A stretch of 64,000 nt of DNA from assembly GCA_949283025.1 (NCBI GenBank), contig CASDRB010000012.1, positions 197,384-261,383 on the forward strand, written 5' to 3'. Positions 48,260 through 58,758 of this stretch are shown here, one piece after another. The notes beneath the pieces were generated by a model, which worked only from the letters and a program-made list of their open reading frames with translations, was not told the origin of the DNA and searched no databases. The position numbers and the translations under genes are program-made. Numbering within the stretch: the first letter of the stretch is position 1; each line of letters opens with the position of its first letter. Source of the stretch: an uncultured bacterium (GTDB taxonomy: Bacteria > Bacillota_I > Bacilli_A > RFN20 > CAG-826).

Positions 48260-51256
48260 CTAACTTTTGAAAATGACAAATTGGCCAGGTCCTAAAGTAA
48301 TTTTGCCATCGCCAATAGAAATGCCATTATCTTCACCTTTAGTGTTGTAATACAAAGTTTTAGTTCCAGCTTCATCCCAAGAGATAGTTCCACCGACTCT
48401 ACCACTTAAAAATAACCAATAAGTAGTTGTGGCAGTACCAAACCAAACACCGATAACAGTGGCATTATATGTTGAATCGTTTTCACCATTTCCCCAAGTT
48501 GAGGTCTTAGTGACATTATCATCATAACCGCAGCGAGTTTCCATCATTTCGTTGCGAATCTTGAATATATTTGCAAATTCTTTTGAATATTCTAACATGT
48601 CAATTTTTTCGCCTTGGTATTCAATAGATATTTTTCTATCCCATTTAAACGAATTGCATTCATCAGAACTCATATAAGAATTATGAGTAATTACTTTGTC
48701 AAACATTCTAACTGCTGGACCGCATTTTGGCGCGGTTAAATCACCGTCGACCCAAGATGGCAAATCAGGATATGGAATTACATCTGGATTATCTTCAATT
48801 TTGGTTCTAAATAATTCTTCTCCGCCTTGAATAAAAGAAATACCCAAAGACATTGCTACTGCCGCATGAGCCGCCACTGAAGCGGCCGCTACAACTTCTG
48901 GATTTGGTTCTTTAGAAGCGGGTGGATTTTCTCCTGGATCATCTGCTAATGTGTAGTTTAATTGATCCCACAATGTGTAATTATCATGGCAAGAAACATA
49001 ATTAACTGTTTGATATGGATTAGCACCAACACCAGTATGAATACCTCTTATCATGTCCCCAACTTTTTGTCCTTTATCACCGACATCAGTTGCTCCTTGC
49101 GCCATGAAGCCCCAACCTGGATATGGATTATTAGTGCCATAACCTTGGTCGTTGCCACCTCTCATCGCGTTTCTTCCACCATCAGAAAAACCACCTAAAA
49201 TACCTGGGCTGTCAGTCGTTGGATACAATTTAGAATAAACATTGCTAGTCCACGCGCCATTATCAGCTGGACCAGAATATCCTAAAGACCAACCTTCGCC
49301 ATAACAAACGATGTCTGGATCGATTTTATATAATTCGTCTTTAACTTTGCGCATGGTATCGACATCTAAAAGACCCATTAAATCAAATCTAAACCCTTTG
49401 ATTTTATATTCGCTTGCCCACCATTTGACTGAATCGACAATGTATTTAGACATCATTGTAGCTTCACTTTTTACTTCATTGCCACATCCAGCACCATCAG
49501 TATAAAAGCCATTTTCATCAGTTCTAAAATAATAATAAGGCATAATTTTTGTAAATATTGATTGAGTAACCGACGCTACATGATTATAAACCACATCCAT
49601 GATAACTCTAGTGTGATTATCATTATTCGCATAAGCTTGAATTAATTGTTTAAATTCTTTGACTCTAACCTCGCCATGATATGGATCGCTAGAATATCCA
49701 CCTTCAACAACATTGTAATTTAAAGGATTATATCCCCAGTTAAAACTCATGTTTATTTCATCATTTGAATGATCAAAAACAGGTAAAATTTGAATGGCAT
49801 TAACTCCTAATTCTTCAATATGATCAAAACCTGTTTTAACTGTGATTCCGTTTTCTGAATAAGTTGTTCCAGATTCATAAAAAGCTTGAAAAGTACCTGG
49901 AGTAGATGTTCCATTCCAAGTATCATCCATCGTCAAATCACGAATATGAATTTCATAAACCGATAAATCGGTTGGATGCTTGATATCATAACCTTCAACA
50001 CCATCCCATACTTGCGGAATTTCATCCCAACCATCTGGATCAGTAGTGTCAAAATCTAATATCATTCCTCTTTCGCCATTGACTCCCGCTGCTTTAGCAT
50101 AAGGGTCAACCACTTCATTTGCACCGGCACTATTATAAACATAATATGTATAATACTTGCCATGTAAATCACCATCGACAATAGCAGAATAAACGCCGCC
50201 AGGCATATATGACATACGATATACTTGATATTCATAAGCAGCCATATCAACATCTATAGAAGAATAGCGATTTGAGTTGCCAACACTATAAATGCGCAGC
50301 TCCACTCTTGCTGCAGTTGGAGCCCACAATTTAAATGAAGTTTTTTCTTTGCTATAAACTGCACCTAAATCGTTACCAGAATATGTGTAATAAGTTTCAA
50401 AGCGTTGATCATCATATAATTTTTCCCAACCAATTGATGATGTTCTACTTTTTTCATAATTTGTAAATTGAACTTCTATTTCATAAACGACATTAGTGGG
50501 CATCGTGTATGGGAACTTAATTTCAATTGAATTGGAAACATTGTCTCCTTCACCGCGCCCTATTTCGTATTGATGGCGATATAATTCCCGATTAGATGCA
50601 CTTAAAGAATAATATTTAGAATCTAATGCATATAGTTTATACGATCTAATTGGCCCAGTACCTTTAACTTGGACAGTTTTCCAATCGACAAATTGAGCCG
50701 ATTCGATTTTATCAAAAACTGTCTCTTCAGGAGAGCCGTAAACCTCAACGGTATTTCTACTTCCGTATACGCTATATAAATTCATCACTCCATCGACAAT
50801 GCTAAAATCTTCATACTTTACGAGCGTGTCAAGAGATTGACCAACCCAAGTATTTCTTGTTTTTATAATAAAATAAAAACGATCGTGCTGTGGCCAGCCC
50901 ATTTGTCGAGGTTTAAATTCAATATACATTCCAAAATCATTGACACCAGTTTTTTCATACTCGGTTCCGTTAACACCGTCAGTCCAAATATAAAAGCATT
51001 TGTCATCATATGTTCCTTCATCGAGTTTAAAATTAAGTATAACAGTGTTTGGAATAGCGATTGCGCTATAAACTTTTTCTTGTTCTTGCCCAATATATTC
51101 ACCTGTCGGATCGTTTTCAAAAAGTGCAGACGCATCTTTTTCAAATTCAATCGTTTTCGATGGATTAGCGTCATTAATGACACCAACGAGCAAAGCACAT
51201 GATAATAAAAACGCCAGTTTAGCAATTTTCATATCAAAACCTCCATATAAAACCAT
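48260..51256 (-). CDS. pulA: Pullulanase type I (GH13_14 with CBM48-like N-terminal domains), secreted
   Basis: 998 aa. Signal peptide present. 'YEIHIRDLT', region I 'RVIMDVVYNHV', region II 'GFRFDLMGLLD', region III 'YGEGWS', region IV 'VNYVSCHDNYTLWD'. Confidence 0.8.
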   Translation of the reverse strand: MVLYGGFDMKIAKLAFLLSCALLVGVINDANPSKTIEFEKDASALFENDPTGEYIGQEQEKVYSAIAIPNTVILNFKLDEGTYDDKCFYIWTDGVNGTEYEKTGVNDFGMYIEFKPRQMGWPQHDRFYFIIKTRNTWVGQSLDTLVKYEDFSIVDGVMNLYSVYGSRNTVEVYGSPEETVFDKIESAQFVDWKTVQVKGTGPIRSYKLYALDSKYYSLSASNRELYRHQYEIGRGEGDNVSNSIEIKFPYTMPTNVVYEIEVQFTNYEKSRTSSIGWEKLYDDQRFETYYTYSGNDLGAVYSKEKTSFKLWAPTAARVELRIYSVGNSNRYSSIDVDMAAYEYQVYRMSYMPGGVYSAIVDGDLHGKYYTYYVYNSAGANEVVDPYAKAAGVNGERGMILDFDTTDPDGWDEIPQVWDGVEGYDIKHPTDLSVYEIHIRDLTMDDTWNGTSTPGTFQAFYESGTTYSENGITVKTGFDHIEELGVNAIQILPVFDHSNDEINMSFNWGYNPLNYNVVEGGYSSDPYHGEVRVKEFKQLIQAYANNDNHTRVIMDVVYNHVASVTQSIFTKIMPYYYFRTDENGFYTDGAGCGNEVKSEATMMSKYIVDSVKWWASEYKIKGFRFDLMGLLDVDTMRKVKDELYKIDPDIVCYGEGWSLGYSGPADNGAWTSNVYSKLYPTTDSPGILGGFSDGGRNAMRGGNDQGYGTNNPYPGWGFMAQGATDVGDKGQKVGDMIRGIHTGVGANPYQTVNYVSCHDNYTLWDQLNYTLADDPGENPPASKEPNPEVVAAASVAAHAAVAMSLGISFIQGGEELFRTKIEDNPDVIPYPDLPSWVDGDLTAPKCGPAVRMFDKVITHNSYMSSDECNSFKWDRKISIEYQGEKIDMLEYSKEFANIFKIRNEMMETRCGYDDNVTKTSTWGNGENDSTYNATVIGVWFGTATTTYWLFLSGRVGGTISWDEAGTKTLYYNTKGEDNGISIGDGKITLGPGQFVIFKS

Positions 51257-51304
51257 TATATTTTATCATAAAAAACAAATATTGTTTATATAAGTTTACT
51301 TTTA

Positions 51305-51334
51305 TAAAAAATGCGCGTTTTGTACGCGCATTTA
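51305..51334. terminator. Rho-independent terminator downstream of the nuclease gene (minus-strand sense)
   Basis: Stem atgcgcg / cgcgcat with loop ttttgta, an A-run on the plus side and a T-run on the minus side. The GC stem is conspicuous in AT-rich DNA. Confidence 0.55.
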
Positions 51335-51341
51335 ATATCAA

Positions 51342-53543
51342 TTATTTTGTTTTTCTTTTTAAAATCACTGCACCACCGATAATCGGAATAATGGCAACAC
51401 TTAAAATGATAACAATAATCAATATTTGATTGGTGTCATAGACAGGCTGTTGATTTAAACCATTACTAATAATGGCTCTATTGATAAAATTCTCATAAGT
51501 ATCAATGCCATATTTATTAATAATATAATCATATCTTTCCATCGCTAAACCAATTAAATTATCAACATTTGAGGAAGCTGTTTTCAATTCGTTTTGTTGT
51601 TGAATAGTCAAATTATTAAATTTAATTTTCATTTGATTCCAACCATCAATTGATGGCGGCGTTACACCATTATCGCAAGTAATAGTATTTAAAAATAATT
51701 GGCAATAAGATTCAACTGGCGATAGTTCTTGTGAAGAATCACTGGCTTTGTATAATTGAATTGGCTGTTGACCTTTTTTATAAAAACGGAAACGATCTTG
51801 CCCACTACTGTTATTAAATCTTAATATTGCGTCAGTGCTATTTGATTTTATTGTTATACCATTATTGTAAGAAATGCTCATAATCGCGCTCTTGTCGCTC
51901 GGTGAAACAAATTTTAAATCGTTAGGATTGGAAGAAGCTATCGCATTATTTACATCACTTTTTATAACATATCCTCCACTGACACTTTCAATAATGAAAT
52001 TATATGATTCTCCGTCTTCATAATTTATTACATTATTATTAATTGAGACTTCATGATAATTATTTGTTACATCACCTTTTGAAGCATCAAAAACCCATCC
52101 TTTAGAATTATTTTCATAAACAATTAGATAATTGCCGCTCCAATCAGATAGATTTTCTCCAACTTTTACATATCCAGATGGGAGTATGGGTTGAATAACA
52201 TCAATGGTGCACGATGCACTAATCGATGGATATTTAACTGATGTGGCGGTAATGATTGTGCTTCCAATGGATAATCCTTTAACTAACCCATCAGAACTAA
52301 CACTAGCTATGTCAGGATTAGAACTAGCCCAATTTACATTTGTGGAAGCATCGCTTGGAATTGCTGTAACACTTAATTGATAAGTTTTGTTCTTATCTAA
52401 TGTTAATGATGTCAAATTCATTGTTAACTCTTCTAATACTACTGGCTGTTTAACATTAACTTGGCAAGTAGCACTATATGAAACACCATCAATTGTAGTT
52501 TTAGCAGTTATCGTGGCATTCCCTACCTCTTTAGCATTTACATTTCCCAAACTATCAACGCTAGCAACACTAGAATTAGAAGATGAATATACAATTGTCC
52601 CACTGCCGTTATTAATAACAGCGTTAACATTAGCAGTTTCGCCAATCTCTAAAGATAAATTTGATGTAATAGAAATGGACGGTTCGTTATCTTCTAAGGC
52701 TCCTGGACCAGAATATGAAACATCATAAATCATATCTGCAAATTCAGGATGATCAATAAATGGATTGCGGTTATGTTGAAAATCATCATATATGACATTA
52801 TTTCTTCTAATTTCGCGATTAGTTGGCGGAAATTCGTTGTTCCAATCCAAACAAGTTTGCAATGATGTGAAACAATTAGTCACATTTGTGGAATATCCAG
52901 TGTTGTAATACATCACTGACATGTATAATACTGCTCTAGCCACTTCGCCTTTAGCCTCATCACAAGGTTCGAAAGTACTTCCGCTTGTATAATTATCAGT
53001 TAAATTTCCTAACGAATCTTTAACTTGCGTGCCATTTGTTACCTCACCAAATTTACTGTTGGATCTTGTTCCGTTAACTTTATTATCAGATGCAAATAAA
53101 TGATGGGCATCGGCTCCTGGACCGCTTTCACCATAACCACCTAAATTTTTAGCAAAAACATGTTCTCTATTCCATCCACTAGATCCACTGACATGTTGAC
53201 TTTTTTTCATAGTAGTTCGAGTGTATATTAAAAATACTTCACTAGAATTATTCTCTGATTCATCTCCAGATTCGCAACTATCCCATATATTAGAATAACT
53301 TAATTGTTTATATCCATTTCTAAGGATAGTTTTTAATCCAGACCTTAAATCTGTTCCTGTCATTCCTCTGATATTTTCATAATATGAATCGTCAACAGAT
53401 GGCGTTTGTGTTCCACTCCAAGCTTCAACCAACTCTAATTTGTTAAATACATTGGTTTTTAAATTAACTGCGCCAAAAGACAATGTAAGCAAAACAAAAG
53501 ACGCTACTAAAAAAATAGACTTTTTATTGATGTGTTTTTCCAT
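51342..53543 (-). CDS. Cell-surface Endonuclease I-family (EndA/Dns-like) DNA/RNA nuclease with two Big_2 Ig-like domains and a C-terminal TM anchor
   Basis: 733 aa. Signal peptide. 'WNREHVFAKNLGG', 'DAHHLFASDNKVNGTRSNSKFGEV' and 'NRNPFIDHPEFA' match endonuclease I blocks. Two copies of 'VASVD..GNV.AKEVG.ATITA'-type Big_2 repeats. C-terminal 'IIVIILSVAIIPIIGGAVILKRKTK'. Confidence 0.6.
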   Translation of the reverse strand: MEKHINKKSIFLVASFVLLTLSFGAVNLKTNVFNKLELVEAWSGTQTPSVDDSYYENIRGMTGTDLRSGLKTILRNGYKQLSYSNIWDSCESGDESENNSSEVFLIYTRTTMKKSQHVSGSSGWNREHVFAKNLGGYGESGPGADAHHLFASDNKVNGTRSNSKFGEVTNGTQVKDSLGNLTDNYTSGSTFEPCDEAKGEVARAVLYMSVMYYNTGYSTNVTNCFTSLQTCLDWNNEFPPTNREIRRNNVIYDDFQHNRNPFIDHPEFADMIYDVSYSGPGALEDNEPSISITSNLSLEIGETANVNAVINNGSGTIVYSSSNSSVASVDSLGNVNAKEVGNATITAKTTIDGVSYSATCQVNVKQPVVLEELTMNLTSLTLDKNKTYQLSVTAIPSDASTNVNWASSNPDIASVSSDGLVKGLSIGSTIITATSVKYPSISASCTIDVIQPILPSGYVKVGENLSDWSGNYLIVYENNSKGWVFDASKGDVTNNYHEVSINNNVINYEDGESYNFIIESVSGGYVIKSDVNNAIASSNPNDLKFVSPSDKSAIMSISYNNGITIKSNSTDAILRFNNSSGQDRFRFYKKGQQPIQLYKASDSSQELSPVESYCQLFLNTITCDNGVTPPSIDGWNQMKIKFNNLTIQQQNELKTASSNVDNLIGLAMERYDYIINKYGIDTYENFINRAIISNGLNQQPVYDTNQILIIVIILSVAIIPIIGGAVILKRKTK

Positions 53544-53633
53544 AAATGCTCCTAAAGTGTGCGTGTTTATTATATAACAAACAAATTAAAAAATGGAAAT
53601 AAATTAAACTATTGTGCAATTATCTAAAATTAT

Positions 53634-53656
53634 AAAAAAGCCTACAAATTGTAGGC
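53634..53656 (-). terminator. Rho-independent terminator after the Fe-ADH gene
   Basis: Stem gcctaca / tgtaggc with a 3-nt loop, and a T-run on the minus strand (plus-strand aaaaaag). Confidence 0.5.
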
Positions 53657-53659
53657 GAT

Positions 53660-54829
53660 TTATTCATAACACTCTTCTAAAATCTGCAATATTTCTTCAT
53701 GGTCTAATTGTTTATAACCATATCCAGAATTATTGACAGAATAAGCGATGTCGTGAAGCATTTCTTTTGTAGCTCCTAGTTCTTTTAATGATGTGACCAT
53801 ATTAGAATTTTTAATAAATTTGGTCAAACGTCTTAAACCTTTTAAAGCAATTTCTTCATCATTTAAACCGCTTGAATTTACATTGAATACTTCAATTGCA
53901 AAACGTTTAAATTTAGGCAAACCATAAGAATAAATATGACGATAATAAGGTATAGAAATAGCCGCTAAACCCATGCCATGGGCACAATTTGTATAAGCTC
54001 CTAATTGATGTTCAATAGCATGGACGAGCCAATCTTGGGTTTTGCCTTTTCCAACCAAAGTATTTAATGCCAAAGTAGCGGTCCACATAATATTGCTTCT
54101 CGCTTCATAATTGGTTGGATTTTGAATAGCAACAGGTGTTTGCTTAATTAAACATTTTAATAAACTTTCAATTAAATAATCTGAAACATTATCATCGTCG
54201 TCGCTAAAATATTGTTCCATCAAATGCGACATAATATCAAATATTCCAGATACCATCTGATATTGGCTTACTGAATATGTATAAGTTGGATTTAAAATAG
54301 AAAATTTAGGATATGCTTCTGGTCCAAATACACGACCCACTTTTAATTTTTGAGCGACATTGGTAATAACAGAACCACCATTCATCTCTGAACCTGTCCC
54401 CACCATTGTTAAAATAGAAGCAACAGGTACGACATAATTATCTAATGGTTCGCCTTTAATCCAATATTTTTTCCATGCATCATCTTTACAATACGCTGAT
54501 ACAGAAACACCTTTTGCTAAATCGATAACTGATCCACCACCAACAGCTAAAATTAAATCTATGTGATATTCGTGGACTAAATTGACGCCTTCCATTAATT
54601 TTTTATATGTAGGATTAGGCATAATATTTGCCAATTCAACAATATGTTTGTCGCAAGATTTTAAAATTTTAATAACTTCATCGTAAAGGCCGATTTTTTT
54701 AATTGAACCGCCGCCATAAGCTAATAATATGTTTTGGCCATAATGAGACAATTCATCTTTTAAATTATCTAATGAATGCTCTCCAAAATAAATTTTCGTC
54801 GGATTATAAAATACAAAATCTTGTTTCAT
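53660..54829 (-). CDS. Iron-containing (group III) alcohol dehydrogenase
   Basis: 389 aa. 'AVGGGSVIDLAKG' and the His-rich metal-site blocks of Fe-ADH. Confidence 0.8.
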   Translation of the reverse strand: MKQDFVFYNPTKIYFGEHSLDNLKDELSHYGQNILLAYGGGSIKKIGLYDEVIKILKSCDKHIVELANIMPNPTYKKLMEGVNLVHEYHIDLILAVGGGSVIDLAKGVSVSAYCKDDAWKKYWIKGEPLDNYVVPVASILTMVGTGSEMNGGSVITNVAQKLKVGRVFGPEAYPKFSILNPTYTYSVSQYQMVSGIFDIMSHLMEQYFSDDDDNVSDYLIESLLKCLIKQTPVAIQNPTNYEARSNIMWTATLALNTLVGKGKTQDWLVHAIEHQLGAYTNCAHGMGLAAISIPYYRHIYSYGLPKFKRFAIEVFNVNSSGLNDEEIALKGLRRLTKFIKNSNMVTSLKELGATKEMLHDIAYSVNNSGYGYKQLDHEEILQILEECYE

Positions 54830-54839
54830 AATTACTCCT

Positions 54840-55679
54840 TTATAATAAAAGTTCTAACATCATCATAATAGCAAAACCGGCGATAAAAGACCAAATACCA
54901 AAATGAGAATTAGATGATTGTTTAAACTCTGGAACTAGTTCATCGATAGTGACATAAATCATTGCTCCGGCAGCAAAAGACAACAGCCAAGGCAAAGCCA
55001 TATCAGCAACAGCACTAGTGATAAACATAGCAATAACAGCAAAGATAGGCTCCACAATTCCACTTGCTAAACCATACAAAAAGGCTTTTGGTTTAGATAC
55101 ACCATCTTCTAACATTGGAATAGACACCGCTGCACCTTCTGGAATATTTTGAATAGATATACCAATTGCAAGCGCTAAAGCGGTAGACACACCCAAAGCC
55201 ATCGCCTCTTGATTTCCGCCTTTTAATAAAACACCACAAGCAAATCCAACTGCTAGACCTTCTGGAATGTTGTGCATTGCCACTGCTAAAAAGAATTTTA
55301 AACGTTTAGTTGTTCTAATTGATGGCAATCCTTCGGCGTGTTCTTCTTTGTTAATATGAATGTGTGGAACCAATTTATCTAAAGCATAAAGTAATAGACA
55401 CCCTAAAATAAATCCACCCACCATCGGTAAAAAAGCAATTTTATCATATGATTCTTGGGCTTGTTCTAAAGCTGGTTTTAATAGACCAAAAAAGGATGTG
55501 GAAATCATAATTCCACTAGCCAATCCAACAATGATAGCAGACGTTTTACTAGAAAAATTTTTCTTAAAAAAGAAAACTAATCCAGAACCGATGGTCGTGG
55601 CGATAAATATGGAACTGATTGAAATGATAATCGCTAAGGTTTCGTTCATAACTTGACGCTTAATTATATAACAATCCAA
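54840..55679 (-). CDS. zupT: ZIP-family metal (zinc) transporter
   Basis: 279 aa, 8 TM. 'HNIPEGLAVG' and 'IQNIPEGAAVS' are ZIP signature helices. Confidence 0.75.
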   Translation of the reverse strand: MDCYIIKRQVMNETLAIIISISSIFIATTIGSGLVFFFKKNFSSKTSAIIVGLASGIMISTSFFGLLKPALEQAQESYDKIAFLPMVGGFILGCLLLYALDKLVPHIHINKEEHAEGLPSIRTTKRLKFFLAVAMHNIPEGLAVGFACGVLLKGGNQEAMALGVSTALALAIGISIQNIPEGAAVSIPMLEDGVSKPKAFLYGLASGIVEPIFAVIAMFITSAVADMALPWLLSFAAGAMIYVTIDELVPEFKQSSNSHFGIWSFIAGFAIMMMLELLL

Positions 55680-55694
55680 TCTAAATTAATATAA

Positions 55695-56699
55695 TTAATA
55701 ATAAAAATTTACCATCGCATCATAAAAATAAAAAGATAATTCATTTGGTATTAAATATTTAACTTCGTCATTGCTCATATTAGTTTCAAATATTAAATAT
55801 TGATGGTCGTCAAATTCAATTATTTTTAATAACTCTAAAGCAATAGTTATTCCAATTGAATCGGTATAATATCCATAAGTAATCGTTTGATATTTGTATT
55901 TATTTAATATTGAATTAATTTCGTTGTTGCGATACGGGGTTTTAATATCGTTATCAAAAATTAATGGATTGCTATATAAATTAGGCAATTCGTTATTCAA
56001 ACAATATTCGAGTACCGAGTCAAAATTATCAATATAAAAATTGGAGAAATCATAATAAGAACAATAATAATTTAAAATCTCATTTTGATAGTTGCTATGA
56101 TAAATAATCAATTGGTCATCATAATAATTAATTGAATTAATTTTAGTTAATTGTTGATTAGAAATCGAAAAGTGTTTTTCTAAATTCAAACGAATTTTGT
56201 TAAATACTTTTTCTCCATTATTAACCATAATTAATTCATCATTGAGAGGTTGATAATTAATAAATTGATACATACCTATGCCTAATGATAAACTGGCAAC
56301 AATTAAAATATAAAACATGGTGACTGGTTGAAATATTTTCAAATTGACATTATGTCTAATTTTTAATGCCCACCAAACAAAAGAAAATAACGAAATACAA
56401 ATTGCATATATTCCGCATATAATCAAATAATCGGCGTATCTTGAAAAATAAAAAATAATGAAACTGAATAAAAACGATAAAACAATAATTAACGACCGTA
56501 CTATCCATTTAAAATTTCTTTTTTTAAAATAAAATGCATAACCAAACGCCAAAGATGAAACAAGCAATGAACAAAAACATGTGGCAATAAGATGATTAAT
56601 TAGATTGTTTATCAAAAATAATGCAAAAAACAAGCTGATAAAAAATACATTAAACCAATATGCAAAAACATCTAAAAATTTAACTTTTTTAACAATCAT
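55695..56699 (-). CDS. Hypothetical membrane protein (N-terminal 4-5 TM, C-terminal soluble Tyr/Asn-rich domain)
   Basis: 334 aa. Hydrophobicity only. Its stop overlaps the mazG-like gene. Confidence 0.3.
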   Translation of the reverse strand: MIVKKVKFLDVFAYWFNVFFISLFFALFLINNLINHLIATCFCSLLVSSLAFGYAFYFKKRNFKWIVRSLIIVLSFLFSFIIFYFSRYADYLIICGIYAICISLFSFVWWALKIRHNVNLKIFQPVTMFYILIVASLSLGIGMYQFINYQPLNDELIMVNNGEKVFNKIRLNLEKHFSISNQQLTKINSINYYDDQLIIYHSNYQNEILNYYCSYYDFSNFYIDNFDSVLEYCLNNELPNLYSNPLIFDNDIKTPYRNNEINSILNKYKYQTITYGYYTDSIGITIALELLKIIEFDDHQYLIFETNMSNDEVKYLIPNELSFYFYDAMVNFYY

Positions 56700-57022
56700 A
56701 ATTTATCGTATTTATTAGCCTTTCCTTTGCATTTTTCTATTGGGTATTTAGCAATATTTTTTCTCATTTTGTCGCTTATTATTTGATAAATATCAACATC
56801 TAATTTGTCCGCTAATTGAAAACAATATGTAAATACATCTGCCAATTCGTCTTTGACATCATCTAAATTATAATTTTGTTCATCCCATTGAAAACACTCT
56901 AAAAGTTCGTTTGCTTCTATCGATATTGATTTGGCTAAGTTTGCAGGTGAGTGAAATTTATCCCAGTTTCTTTCATTAACAAATCGTTTTATTTGTTTAT
57001 TGATTGTTTTTAATTTATCCAT
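56696..57022 (-). CDS. MazG-family nucleoside triphosphate pyrophosphohydrolase (small, all-alpha NTP-PPase)
   Basis: 108 aa. 'EANELLECFQW...ELADVFTYCFQLADKL' matches the MazG EExxE/D motif region. Confidence 0.6.
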   Translation of the reverse strand: MDKLKTINKQIKRFVNERNWDKFHSPANLAKSISIEANELLECFQWDEQNYNLDDVKDELADVFTYCFQLADKLDVDIYQIISDKMRKNIAKYPIEKCKGKANKYDKL

Positions 57023-57057
57023 GTTTATTTTATTTTAACAAATATTGGCCAAAAATC

Positions 57058-57088
57058 ATCAAAATAAAAGGTGTAGATTTGCTACACC
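57058..57088 (-). terminator. Rho-independent terminator ending fibre module B
   Basis: Stem ggtgtag / ctacacc with loop atttg. The plus-strand A-run 57058-57069 gives a T-run on the minus strand. The hairpin overlaps the sipW-like stop codon. Confidence 0.5.
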
Positions 57089-58737
57089 TAGTTATCTTCT
57101 TGTTCTTGAGTTTCACCACTTAAAATTTTTTCTTTAAGCTCTTGATAATGATCTTTGATTGGAATTTCTTTTTTATTAAGACCATCTTTGCTCATACAAT
57201 CCTTTATTAATTCCAACGCTCTTTTTAATGATAAAGTGGAACGGACTTTTAAGACGACAGGAATATCGGCATAAACACCTTTATTTCCAACATCTTTAAC
57301 AGGATAAGTTGTGTTTTCATAATCTTTATAATCTAATGCTAGATATAATTTTAAATTTTTGCCAGAAATAGCAATTTTACAATATGCTTTCTTATGCAAT
57401 CTAAATGTATCACCGGTAGCAGAAATACGAGATTTAACACCATAAGATAAAATTTCTTGTTTCATCGCATTATATCGGCTTTGCAATTCTTCATCTAGTT
57501 CTAAGAAACGTTGAGAAAATGAAATGCGGTCATAAGCTTTCGTTTTTCTTGGAGCGCCTGTTGAAGTAAACAAATGAGAACGCAAAGAATCATCTTCATC
57601 TTGCTCTTCTTTAATTTCTTCTACATTTGTTTCCTCATTATTTTGATTAGTGTCTACTGCTTGAGATTCATCCATTAAATTGTCTTCAACAGCATTATCT
57701 TGCGCTGTAGAAACTACTTCGTTATCTTTTTCTTGTTCGATTTGTTCAACTTGTTCAGTATTTTCTTTTCTTGTTGCCCAATCTAAATAATGAATTTCGT
57801 TTTCCTTAATAATCGCATCATCAATTTCATTTTCAAAACGAGTGTATAAATATTGTTTTCTCAAATTTATTTTTTTGCCTAAATAAATGTCTAAAATATC
57901 ATAAAAACCAATCAACACTAATGCTAAAGCAATGGTTATCATACCTATTCCAGATTGAATATAATAAATTACTATTCCTAATCCAAAATTTTGAAAACCG
58001 TTATATTTTCCAATTATATCTTGATATGTTAATCCTATTTCATAACCAGCACTCGATGTATTAGCATCGCCTCGAGCCGTAAAATATTTAACTCCTTCGT
58101 GTTCATAAATATCAATAACTCTATGAACAACAATATTATTATTGTCATCTTTAAAAGCAATAATATCATATAAATCAATATCGCCTTCTTCAACTTTATT
58201 AATACCAATTAAAGAATAGGTAGAAATTTGATTTGTTAAATTGTTTTCAATTAAATATTTATTATCTGGGTCCACTTTTTCCATTGAACCTGATTTAATA
58301 ATTAAACACGAGGTATCATTAATCATAAATAAGTCGCCTGACGCTCTAACATAAATAGCAAATCCCATAAATGCGACAAAGCAAATATAAACAACAATTA
58401 ACACGATATTTGCGACCATTTTAATGATATTTGCAGATTTTCTACCTTTTTCAATGTGCTGAGTAAAAGGAACGACATTTTCTTGTTTATATTCAACGGG
58501 TTGTTGATGATCATTTACTAAAGCTTCGGTTTTTAAAAAGTACTTTTTGTTTTCTAAAATAACTTCTCTTGCTATATAAGAATCTTCAACTTTATGATCG
58601 ATGCACTTTGCATAATATCGATAATAAAGATAAAACAAAACACCAAAACCTATCACAAGCAAAACAATGACACTGATTGAGACCGCCAATGAAATGGCTT
58701 CTAAATTGGATACACTATTTAAAATGATATTTGTCAT
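57088..58737 (-). CDS. sipW: Sec11/SipW-type (S26B) signal peptidase I, second copy, with a 2-TM N-terminal extension and a C-terminal cytoplasmic extension of about 230 aa including an acidic low-complexity tract
   Basis: 549 aa. Ser box 'LIIKSGSMEKV', His box 'IVVHRVIDI' and 'TARGDANTSS'. Three TM segments. Tail 'QVEQIEQEKDNEVV...EEQDEDDS' followed by a folded basic domain. Confidence 0.65.
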   Translation of the reverse strand: MTNIILNSVSNLEAISLAVSISVIVLLVIGFGVLFYLYYRYYAKCIDHKVEDSYIAREVILENKKYFLKTEALVNDHQQPVEYKQENVVPFTQHIEKGRKSANIIKMVANIVLIVVYICFVAFMGFAIYVRASGDLFMINDTSCLIIKSGSMEKVDPDNKYLIENNLTNQISTYSLIGINKVEEGDIDLYDIIAFKDDNNNIVVHRVIDIYEHEGVKYFTARGDANTSSAGYEIGLTYQDIIGKYNGFQNFGLGIVIYYIQSGIGMITIALALVLIGFYDILDIYLGKKINLRKQYLYTRFENEIDDAIIKENEIHYLDWATRKENTEQVEQIEQEKDNEVVSTAQDNAVEDNLMDESQAVDTNQNNEETNVEEIKEEQDEDDSLRSHLFTSTGAPRKTKAYDRISFSQRFLELDEELQSRYNAMKQEILSYGVKSRISATGDTFRLHKKAYCKIAISGKNLKLYLALDYKDYENTTYPVKDVGNKGVYADIPVVLKVRSTLSLKRALELIKDCMSKDGLNKKEIPIKDHYQELKEKILSGETQEQEDN

Positions 58738-58758
58738 TTGTTTTTCCTCCCGATCTAA

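Noticed and set aside
1050-51225. Numerous 60-120-aa ORFs antisense to or overlapping long CDSs (for example 1050-1232, 2435-2650, 6150-6419, 7883-8104, 8840-9148, 18684-18881, 21127-21324, 35655-36368, 37781-38017, 47981-48205, 48962-49505, 50837-51225)
   Set aside because: They lie within confidently assigned genes on the opposite strand or in other frames. They lack RBSs and have skewed composition typical of AT-rich shadow ORFs.
23336-51256. Possibility that the several GH13 genes (23336-25018, 45417-47858, 48260-51256) are recent duplicates or a repeat
   Set aside because: Their conserved regions I-IV differ and their domain architectures differ (cytoplasmic alpha-glucosidase, lipoprotein amylase, secreted pullulanase). 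They are distinct GH13 subfamilies.
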